Source: Zancudomyces culisetae HAW-14-8
Lineage: Eukaryota > Fungi > Kickxellomycota
Reading direction: 5' to 3'
Length of the DNA stretch: 64,000 bases
Assembly: GCA_052426225.1 (NCBI GenBank)
Contig: JBNJNM010000023.1
Coordinates: forward strand, 186,001-250,000
Shown here piece by piece: positions 38,737-48,996 of the stretch (positions within the stretch are counted from its first letter, which is position 1; each line of letters begins with the position of its first letter). The notes below the pieces were generated by a model, which saw nothing but the letters and a program-made list of their open reading frames with translations, did no database searches and was not told the origin of the DNA. The position numbers and the translations under genes were made by a program.

Positions 38737-39801
38737 TTAAATTAGTAAAGCTAAAATTGAAACTAGGAGCATCACTAGTGTAAATCCAGTACTCTGCAAA
38801 ATATTTGAGGCGGAAATGGGAGGATAAAAATACGCACTAGAAAACGTATCAGTAATCGTTGAATAGTCAGGCGAGGGTCGCGCAGTTGTATTCAATAGAT
38901 ACGACTTTTCAAGTCCTGTGACATTTACAATCCAGTCAATGTAGCTGTATACATGAGTATAATAGTTTGTAACAGTATTTTCTGGATTAATAGTTGCACC
39001 ACCTCCAGATCTACCTGTATTACTCGCAATACCAACAAGTAGATTAACTCCGTTATTCATGTACGCCAGGGGGTTTCCTCCATCACCAGATGCCAAACTT
39101 TTGCCGTCCTTTACTAGCGTACAAACTAGATTTTTGTTGTTGTCTGACCAGATGGCGTTGGCGTCTTTACAAATACTTGAAGAAGAAGGTGATTGCATAG
39201 CTGTGTTCAGCATGTCGCTAGGTACACCCGATATCCCAGTGGGAGTGGAGCCCCAACCTGCTGTAATCAAATCCATACTATCTGTTACATTTCCACTATA
39301 TATCGCTACTGGTGTGGCAATATCCTTTGATACCGGAGGCATTAATTCAAGAATTACTATATCATTTTCCAACGACTTTGGAGAAAACTCAGGATGAATA
39401 TGTACAACATTTGATGAATGGTAACTTGAAGGACTGTTTTTTGATATCCTACTATTAATAGTAATTGATATATAGTTCACATATTGAATTGATTTGGAGC
39501 TCTGGTTTAATATACAGCTAGCTGCAGTCACTGCAATTCGATCGGAAATGAGTGAAATACCACATTCTCTGTAAGCACTCCCCACGACCCCGCTCATTCT
39601 TCCAATATATGGAAAATCTTCTCTCTTTGCTGGCTCGCCATTTAGGATTCTCGCATTGTTAATGAGATGACCATCTCCGCTCTGTGATATGCCAGTATTT
39701 GTGTCTACATTATCAACTGAGGAAGCATGTACAACTGAAATACCTCCAAGTGAAAGTGCTGTAACGATATGTTTACAAAGTGATTTGTTGTTCAATTTCA
39801 T
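38737..39801 (-). CDS. Trypsin-like (S1A) protease homologue, predicted catalytically inactive, secreted and probably GPI-anchored
   Basis: Signal peptide, activation site R|ILNG, CGISLI, TAASC (for TAAHC), NDIVIL, AGWG, SGDGGNPL (for GDSGGPL), S/T/P stalk and hydrophobic C-terminal tail. Confidence 0.85.
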   Translation of the reverse strand: MKLNNKSLCKHIVTALSLGGISVVHASSVDNVDTNTGISQSGDGHLINNARILNGEPAKREDFPYIGRMSGVVGSAYRECGISLISDRIAVTAASCILNQSSKSIQYVNYISITINSRISKNSPSSYHSSNVVHIHPEFSPKSLENDIVILELMPPVSKDIATPVAIYSGNVTDSMDLITAGWGSTPTGISGVPSDMLNTAMQSPSSSSICKDANAIWSDNNKNLVCTLVKDGKSLASGDGGNPLAYMNNGVNLLVGIASNTGRSGGGATINPENTVTNYYTHVYSYIDWIVNVTGLEKSYLLNTTARPSPDYSTITDTFSSAYFYPPISASNILQSTGFTLVMLLVSILALLI

Positions 39802-39898
39802 TGTTATTGTTATTATTATATATTAGCCTTGTGTTTGTCGATTATTAAAAGGAGTTAAGAATAATTGTAATTAGATATTTTAATGATGAAGCTGCTCT

Positions 39899-39907
39899 AT
39901 TTATATA
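39899..39907 (-). promoter_or_regulatory. Putative TATA box of the trypsin-like gene
   Basis: TATATAAAT about 100 nt upstream of the ATG. The AT-rich background lowers certainty. Confidence 0.4.
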
Positions 39908-41381
39908 GTATTTTCCTACATATCCATGAATCAATTCCACCTATAATTCACTGCTGATTAAAAATGGAAAAGAACAAAAATTGATGAAACCATTAATACT
40001 GTTGAATATTGTATTTACCATCTTTGTTTTCATACAATCAGAAATATTGGAATGTATTATTCTTTGTATTTTCAAGCAATCAAATCTCGATTCCAAGCAA
40101 TATTTGGTGTAAATTGTAGAATATTCATCTTTGTAGATTATTTGAGGGTAATTTACGTAGATTATAAGCGAATATTTGTTGGCAAAATAAACAACCTGAC
40201 CAATAGATATGCCAAGTGAAGGGAAAATACATCTTGAGAATCATCAAAACCGAAACCCATATAATATCCATTTCTTAGAGCAAATAAAAAATAACCAAAA
40301 AAGAATAGATCTGCTAAATAGTGTACTGGCAATCTTTAGGCCTCTCATGGTTGGAATTGTATAAGATGAGCTGTTTTTTTTATGGTTTGGTTTTATCTGC
40401 CAAGAGCACATCTCAGTCAGGTGGTATGATATGTGCCAAACACCTCAGCGTAAGCATGATAGTCAATTAATACAACACACTTGGTCGATGCTTGTACCAA
40501 CACAAGTAATAAAGGGTATTGAAAAGAATGGCAATTGTTGTGATGTTTATGAATAGCACGATTTTGGTACATGTTTTTGTTAATTCTGTATTTACAAGGT
40601 TAATCTATATTTTTTGCTAGATGGGTTTATTAAATTAATACCACAAAACTACAAAAAAAAATCCTACATACTATCTATCTACCCAATTCCTTTCTAACTC
40701 TGCTATAAACTTCATGCCCATCAAGTGTTGATTCAGTAGGATTGTTTCTACTATGAGCCAATCCAAGACCATTAATTTGGCTCAGTAATCCCCCCCCCCC
40801 CCCCCTCAAGTAGACTGGTCAAGAGAGTCACATCGTATTCAGATGTAAATCGAATGGCTGTTTGTTTATTCTAACTATGTTAGTAGTTGTGGAGTGGGAT
40901 TTATTATTGCGATACATTGAAAACATATTGATGATGTTGTTTATAAAATAGGTTGAATGAGAGATATACACATCTAAATATTAAATGATAATGTTTTATC
41001 TAATCCGAGTTTATTGATTTTAGTATTTCCTTCTATTATCATTTAACATTAATGAATCAAAGTAATCAACATTTAATAATAACTAGTATTTTGCAACATT
41101 CTGGATATTATTTATGCCTATATTTATTTCTGAAAAATACAATAACCCTAAAACTTTATTACTAGACTGGCTATGGTAAAATGCAAGAGCATCTAATAAA
41201 AAATAAACAAAAAAACATCAAGAGTTCAAAGTAAAATAATCTTGGTTTTATTTATAACTGTCTGTTATTCTCACCAGTTAGAAAAAGCATGAATCTTTCA
41301 ATGATACCAAATTAAAAGTAGTGATTATCCCAACTACAAATACGTACTGTGAGACATACAGTATGACTACTCCACTAATTC

Positions 41382-41777
41382 TTAGCATTTACATCCAGAT
41401 TCACAGTGGCATTTCTCGCCTTTATCCTCCTTGCATTCACAGGTTGCTTGTTCACATTTACATGGTCCTCCACATGTACAACCTTTACCATCTCTGCACT
41501 GACATATACTTTTTCCTTCGCACTTGCACTCATCCTCCTTGCAGATACACTTTTTACCTACTGAACACCTACAACAGGTACTGACCCCCTTATTTTCAGC
41601 ACAGTTGCACTTTTCAGATTCACAACAACATTTTCCTTCAGAGGTGGCTGAACAACCTTGTCCCTTCTTGCAGCAGCATTCACAATTTCCAGCCTCACAT
41701 GAACACCGACCTCCGGGCGTATCTCTGCACTTTCCAATATCTTTGTTGTAGCAGTCTTTCTTGTCGCATGAACTCAT
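41382..41777 (-). CDS. Long metallothionein-like protein (131 aa, 34 Cys)
   Basis: ATG at 41777 (MSSCDKKDC...ESGCKC). Repeated CxC, CC and CCC motifs, K/E/G-rich, almost no aromatic residues, no signal peptide. Confidence 0.85.
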   Translation of the reverse strand: MSSCDKKDCYNKDIGKCRDTPGGRCSCEAGNCECCCKKGQGCSATSEGKCCCESEKCNCAENKGVSTCCRCSVGKKCICKEDECKCEGKSICQCRDGKGCTCGGPCKCEQATCECKEDKGEKCHCESGCKC

Positions 41778-41917
41778 TTTTAGTTTATTTATTTTGGCTT
41801 GTATTGGTTTATCAGTCAACCTTATTGGTATTATATTTTTTGTTTTGTATTTAGTATGGAGTACTAGGTGGTTTTATGATTGATATTTTCTTGTCTTTTT
41901 TGAGAAAAGTCGTGGAC

Positions 41918-41925
41918 TATTTATA
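41918..41925 (-). promoter_or_regulatory. Putative TATA box of the metallothionein gene
   Basis: TATAAATA about 140 nt upstream of the ATG. Confidence 0.4.
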
Positions 41926-42649
41926 CTTTTTTCTTGAGTTCTGGTTTTCTTTGTACATACTCAAGGCTTGGATTGTATTTTTATAAAAACAGGAACTTAT
42001 ACACTTGAAAATTGCATTACACATCCGAGTTATTTTTGCCTATACTCAAGAATATATGATTATAAATCATTTAGATACACTTCTCTTTTTTCGTTATATT
42101 CATTAAAATTGCATTTACAAAACCCATCCTGCTGCCCAATAGCGAAAATGGATCCATGCAATACATATGTGAATTTATTTGTTCATGCCTCACTATAGTT
42201 CTGCCACAAGATTTCCCACTGCCATTTATTCTCTCTCTATCTCTTATTTTCTAGTTGTGCTGATTCTGCTATTCGCTACTTGTTAGAAAACATCACCAGC
42301 TTTTTATCCAAAACATTTTTATGTCATTCGAAGCTTTATGAATTAACTCTGCTTTTTTCCACATATACAACCACACTAAACCTAGGCATTAGTATCTCAT
42401 TCGACTATCATTTTTTTACTAGAGGATTTTAATAATGAATATAACTTAAAACTGCAAAAAAAAATGATCTTAGAAAATATCTATTTAGCCAACCCCTCGA
42501 AATTTCTCTTCACTTCTCTCCTTACCTTCAGGATTTAATACATCTGAAATGTTTTGTTTCTGTAACCATACCCGAGGAGTTGCCCAATATCTGCATGCCA
42601 GAAATCCATTACCAGTTATTTATACTGTTAAAACCAATTATTGTTGATT

Positions 42650-42990
42650 AAAAAATTTTAAATTCCCATATTCTACCTTACATTACCACTTTTTCATCAT
42701 AAATATGTTTTTCAAACAACTCATATGCACCATCTTTCCAAATCACTAATTTCCACTGCCCATCTTTTGACAAATATTTATCAACTCAAGGTCATTTATG
42801 CCATTCGCAAGTTCCATGATCGATCCAATATGCTTACTTGTATAAGCACCATATTTTATTAACAACATAATCATCGCTATATTTTTCTAGTTATATGCTC
42901 CCCAAAGGCCATAGGTCTTATTTAGCACTAAATTCGTGTTTCTATCCAACAAGAGCCTCAAAATTTCCAGATTATTATATATACAAGCTC
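42650..42990. repeat. Duplicated segment homologous to ~28590-28935 (3' end and 3' flank of ankyrin paralogue A)
   Basis: Near-identical non-coding sequence aaattcccata..ccttacatt..cactttttcatcataaatatgtttttcaa at both sites. Confidence 0.9.
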
Positions 42991-45900
42991 AGATCACCAC
43001 GCTCTCATTTCCTATTTTCATCTTTGCCCCCTTTTCAAGCAATAGTTTGAGCATATCTATATTGTTGTTTTCACAAGCCTGGAGAACATAATTATATTCT
43101 TCATTTTTAAATGTGCAGGGATTCGTCAATAGTAATTTAACTGCCTCTAGCTTGTTTGTTTTAACAGAATATTGAAGTAAGTGTGAATCACTATCAATAT
43201 GAGCATGATAGGAAAGTAGCAGTTCCAACATTTTGATATTATCTAGAGCAAAAAATCTTAAATAAAATGAATCATTATTTACTTTCGCTCCTATTGCAAT
43301 ACCAATCTGATAATTTCAAGATTATTTGCATTAAAGCCACATCTAGAACATGATCGTTGCCTTTGATTCTAAACCCATTCTCTAAAAAAAAATTTACCAC
43401 CTCAGTGTTTCCTACCAGAATCGCAATTTTCAGTATTCAAGAACTAGTACTACTAATGGTGTTGTATACTTGAAGTTTCAGTAATTGAGCGCTATCGCTG
43501 AGATTAATGTTGTAGGCTAGCAGCATTTTTAGTATTTCGGTGTTATTTGTTCTAGCCGCGACCTTTATTCCATCCAACAAATCGTAATTCTGAATGGGTT
43601 GACTCCTTTCAAGTAGTGTTTTAGTAATATTGTATTCTTCGATATTGTTAATCTTTTCATCACTCAAAAATAAATCATGTTCAGAATTCTCACTTTTCTT
43701 TGTATCATTTTCATCTTTTCTTTCCAACACTCCTAAACCATCATAATACTGAAGTATCATTTTTACCAATCCGATATCCTCAATCAAGCATGCGCGTTCT
43801 AACTGGTACCTACAAATATTTCCTAGAGTGGCTTTTTTATTCAAAAGGTATTTCAGTGTTCTCTTGAGACCCAATCTACAAGCGATTATAACCCCATTCC
43901 GTTCTGGGTTACTCAAATCAACTCCACTTTCCACCAACAATTTAACCATAGCAAAGTTACCTAGTAAACATGCCATGTTGACACAAGGATAATCTGGATT
44001 CTTGGGCACTACACCACCATTCTTGATCCAGTGTTGTAACACTTCAACTTTATCTGATTTACATGCCTCTTCAAATCCATCTGATCTTCCGTTTAGTTTT
44101 GCACCTTTACTAATAAAGTAATCTATCCAGCCAATATCACCTGCTTTGTATGCTGTTCTCAAAATCAGACTGCCAGTTGGATCGATTTTTTCGTTTCTTT
44201 TTCCGATGAACATATTAAATAGTTTCTGCATAAAGCTAGTTGAGCCGATATTCATTCCATACTCTATCAACAATTTCAACATTTCAAATTTTTGGTTGAC
44301 CAATTCAAATTTTGCTTGATCGTAATGGGTATTATTCAACACTTCTAAACCTTTTTCATATCCGAACTTGCATGCTTCATACACATTTTGTTCCAATATA
44401 TTGTGCAGGTTATTTTCAATTGCATAATCAATAATTTCAGCTAATTTATCATTTGGATCTTTTGTAACGTCTTTGAAATTACCAAACCTTGAACTATTTC
44501 CAAAATATAACATGCATGCATTGGTGATATCTTTTTTTTTAGCGCCTATAATTACCATTAATTCCTCGTATAAATCCTGATATTCAAAAAATTGATCAAA
44601 ATCAAAATAGTGCGATGGGACAATGGTGAAGGAAGGTAAGTATTCTCTAATAAGACATAGAACTGTTTTATTGAATCTGAGTCCCCTTCCAACCTTGAAC
44701 TCGCTTGCTGTAGTTTTGAATTTAGTACTATCTTTCAATGTATCAGATATCTCAAATAGGCGATCTGCTATTTCATAATTTCCGATATAACACAACCTTC
44801 CAATAGCCTCTTGTGTGATTGGATTAACAGAAACGCTTATTTCCAACAATAACTGTAGCATATTTATATTTCTGCTTTTCAATACTTTCTCTAGAAAAGA
44901 ATATTTCACAGTACTTGGATGCTTTTCGGTAACATTTTGTGCCAACGGATAACCGATTTTTTTTAAAACTTTTTTGAGGGTATTTTTATCTTGATCTCCT
45001 TTCAGCTTATCACTGTTCTCTATCAGAAACTTAATAAAATCAGCATTATCTAGCCAATACGCCAACTTTTTTATTTTTCTGATATTTTCCGAGTTTAATT
45101 CGACTTTGAAAAAATATCTTTGTATTGAAATGTCCCTTTTATGTTGAATGGCTGTATCAAAGAGTATCTGTTGGTAGATATCATTAGGGCAGTTATCTTC
45201 AAGACACTTGATCAAATTTTTCTTACCCCAATAAAATGAATAATAAGAGTACGCAATATAGACCAAAAAATCCATTTTAGTTGAGTATCCATATTCATCA
45301 ATAAAGTCAACGAGTTGATCAATTGAATGCGCATTACGCTCATTTTTAAGCAAGTTCAGTTCCTGAAGAGAAATAATTGCATTGACTTTTAAAGTCAAAA
45401 TACACTTTAGCAGTACAATGCAGTTATATTTACAGATCTCATCTGCACATTCCAATAAACAAAATATCATATATTTGCTATCAATAAATTTAATCTCTTT
45501 CCGCACAGAACTGGCTATTTCTAAAAAATATTCAATTCTGGTATTGCAGACATTTATCAACATTTCAATATACGCACTTTGCGTAGCAAAAAATTTTGAG
45601 TTGTTATCGAAACGAAAATCTCTTTGTGTGGTTATAAGTGGTCTGATGTAAATAGAATCAGAAACCTTGATGTCTCTCAGATCTCTTAGCAATTCATATC
45701 TTTCAGAAAGCATATCTCCAACATCAATATCTAGGTATTCACCCTCGTTCATAAATAAAGTGCCCATCTGCACAACAGTTGAAGTACTCCTATCAATGAC
45801 TACATACATTTTGAGTAATTTATTTAGTATATTCCTCCATTTGTACTTGATTGCAAGATCTAGAGCTGTTTTGTAGTTCAGGTTTTTGACTTTACTCAGA

Positions 45901-46163
45901 ACCAATGCCCCGATAGTTTCATTTATATTTATTTTGGTGTATTTCTCGAGTATTGTACTTAAATTTGACTCCAAATTATCCTGCGTGTCAGATAAAGCAT
46001 GTTGAAGTATGTACTTGCTGATAGTGTTTGCCTGCTGTGAGGCATAGTGCATATTTTTGTTCAATAGCGATAGTTGAGGGTTTTGAGCAAGCACAAATAT
46101 TGTTGACAGAATACTTGATGGAAGTTTGTTGAAAAGGCTGGTGGTGTTGTTTTCGGAGTTCAT
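42746..46163 (-). pseudogene. F-box-like/ankyrin paralogue C; open for 908 aa (46163-43437), 3' part frameshifted with in-frame stops
   Basis: Beyond 43437 the homologous peptides continue in shifting frames (ILKIAILVGNTEVVNFFLENG; ORF 43231-42989; VVI*AC) to the ancestral ...QKMGSGN* stop at 42746. Confidence 0.8.
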
Positions 46164-46500
46164 TGTGTCGTGGATTGAATCATTTTTAATCCTTTTCTTT
46201 GCTTTCCTTTCCTTCTATAGTTGTTGTCTATATATTAAAGTAAATAATAAAGATGAACAAGCTTCGAGTAGATGATAATTGTTGACTTTTATTACTTTTT
46301 CCCTGGTTTTTTTAATCTATTATTTATTACATCTTTAATAGTATTTAAGTGGTTACTCTTGCATAATTTAATAAAATCAGTAAAGATAATAACAGATGAT
46401 TGGTCGTCTTTCAGGATTAAAACATCAAACCAGAATTATTGACCTATTGCTAGTCCAGTAATTTTACACTATTTCTTCAGTTTTAAGATGAGTTTGCTTA
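45720..46500. repeat. Duplicated segment homologous to ~37090-37860 (5' end and upstream region of ankyrin paralogue B)
   Basis: Shared coding 5' end and upstream blocks ttccttctatagttgttgtctatata.taaagtaaataataaagatgaacaag and ttcaggattaaaacat..ttgacctattgc.agtccag.aatttac. Confidence 0.9.
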
Positions 46501-47825
46501 CAAACAAAAAGGGACTCTAATCTAATATCTACACAACCAACTCACCCTACTTTCCTCTAAAACCAGATTATTCATTGGGTGGTGTGGTTCAAGATCCTTA
46601 TCCTGGCTTGGTGGGATATATCCAAGAACTTCGCTATTCTCAGCTGAATAAGGAATAGTATATCGATTTCTCTCCGAGTTGTGGCCTCTCTTGCAAATTG
46701 GATGAGGATGATTGATGAAACTTTAAAAATAAAATATCTACAAGACAGTTTTAATATGAAATAATTATAAAAGAGAAAATGAAATATCATGATAATTGAT
46801 GGACTAGCTAAAATTGGTATATCATTCAAAAAGTCAAGTTGGATAATGGCTAAATAGATTAGCCTTACTCTACATTTTATAAAAATAAAAGTTTCTAGTC
46901 ATATAATAAGACTTTATTCAAACACCATCCACCAATTTACAAAGTAGCATCAATTATGGAAGGGAGAGGAACAGATGGAGGAGATTTGGTCTGATAATAA
47001 TCAATGTATTACTATAAACTGGGTGTAGCCACAAAACTCGAATGGTTATACTTTTTTACTTTTTTACTTTTTTTCTTTTTTTCTTTTCTTTTTGCAAATG
47101 ACATTGACCTCTGAATATCACATTTCATCGCCATTATGATAAAACATTTAAATAATAATGATATCTAGTGTTTATTACATTCATTTTCAGCATAAAATTG
47201 CAAAATATAACATTTGCGGATGAAAAAAAAATACAATAAAATTAATAAAAAAAAGGATCAAATCACCAAAAATATGGTTATTATTTCGTCATTTCTCGCT
47301 CATATTATTATTTTTTTTTTTAGGTGTCAATTTTATTGAAATAATTGTACACTTTTGTTTGAGTAAGCGCAACAAAAATGATACAAACTCATGAATTGTA
47401 TATATAGTAGACCCTATCCGAATGATCAAGTTCTTTTACAGTTTTTTTTTCTCCTCTTTTCTCCTCTTTTCTCCTCTCCTCTCCCCTCACCACTCTCCTT
47501 CCCCCCTCCCCCTTTTCTTTCAAATTGACACTTTTGAATATTTATTTTTATAGGGCTTAAAGTTTGATTGAAAAAAAAAATATTAATTAGCCATGAATGT
47601 GATTAGTAATTGATTAGATTTTTGAATATTATCCTGAATCATTTTTTAAATATAAGTATAAATATAAATATAAATGCAAGTATAGAATATAGAATTTACA
47701 ATATAGAAAATATATAGATTTCAACAAAGGATACGAGGGTTTAGGTGGAAATCTACAATTGCTAAACAAAAATCAAATAAAAATCTAGAATCATTAATAA
47801 TTAGTAAAGGAAGTAAAAGAAAAAC

Positions 47826-48900
47826 ATGGAAATCAAAGGCAAAATGGAAAACAAGAAACAACAGGAAGAAGTAGGAAAAAAACCTCCCACTTACCAACAT
47901 AGAGATTTTGTAATACGACAAAGTGTTTCAGGACTTAGCGCAGCATTCGTGACAACGTTGGCATTACATCCGATAGATTTGGTCAAGATTCGGCTACAGT
48001 TGGATGAAGGGAAAATCCGATTGGGAAAAGTGGCGAGTATAGTTCGGGAAGTTAGGGAACAGAGCAAAGGGCATGTGATAAAGGGACTGTATAGAGGAGT
48101 TGGGGCGAATTTGATGGGAAATTGTGTGAGTTGGGGACTGTATTTCGCATGGTAAGTCGGAAAGTGTGTGTGTGTGTGTGTGTTTGTTTGTTTGTGACTT
48201 TGTTATATCAAAATATCATAAACTAATAAATATGTATGTATGTATGAATGTGTATAAATAAATATAAAGGTATGGATACATAAAAGGCCAGATGGTAGGA
48301 GCAGGAAACAAAGTAACCGATCAACATGGGGCAAGTTTATTGACGACAAAGCAACATTTAGCAGCCAGTGCGTTGGCCGGAGCGTTGACACAAGTGGTGG
48401 CCAACCCAATATGGATAGTAAAAGTACGGATATGTTCGAATTTAGATGCACAGTATGGATACCGGGGAGTAATCGATGGGTTGGTCAAGATCTGGAAAAA
48501 CGAAGGGGGGTTGCGAGGGTATTATCGTGGGCTTCCGGCGGGAATAGTGGGGTGTTCGCATGGAGCAGTACACTTTGCGGTGTATGAGAAACTGAAGGCA
48601 AAATACAGCCGCAAGTTTACGGTAGTTGAGTATATGACGATGAGTATGATATCAAAGATTGTAGCAACAGTGGCGACATATCCATACCAAGTAGTAAGAA
48701 GTCGAGTACAATCAGCGAGTGGAGGAGTAAAGGGGTATAATAATAGTGTGGATGTTATTAGAGAGGTATATAAAAAGGAGAAACTAAGAGGGTTTTATAA
48801 GGGGATGTTTGCAAATATAGTGCGAGTACTCCCAGGAAGTGTAATGACGTTTTTGATATATGAAAAGGTAAACTATTGGATGGCAAAAAGTGAATATTGA
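47826..48900 (+). CDS. FLX1: Mitochondrial carrier, FAD/folate transporter type (FLX1/SLC25A32); exons 47826-48151, 48270-48900
   Basis: Three carrier repeats (HPIDLVKIRLQ, NPIWIVKVR, YPYQVVRSRVQ). GNCVSWGLYFAW|Y and SHGAVHF..YE are typical of this subfamily. Intron GTAAGT(48152)..AAG(48269). Confidence 0.85.
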
Positions 48901-48996
48901 CAAGAAAGAAAAAATAGACAAATAAATAAAATTATTAGAGAGTAAGAAAGAAAGAAAGAAAGAAAAAGAAAGAAAAATAAAGAAAAAGAAAAAGAC

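Noticed and set aside
40756-40786. Inverted repeat tgagccaa/ttggctca next to a poly-C run
   Set aside because: Only an 8-bp stem, a single occurrence, with no TSD or element context.
42989-42991. In-frame TGA in paralogue C as recoding or readthrough
   Set aside because: It is surrounded by frameshifts and other stops, so it is ordinary decay.
46575-46720. Coding-like plus-strand fragment GGVVQDPYPGLVGYIQELRY
   Set aside because: Interrupted by stops, no start or splice context, and no recognisable homology.
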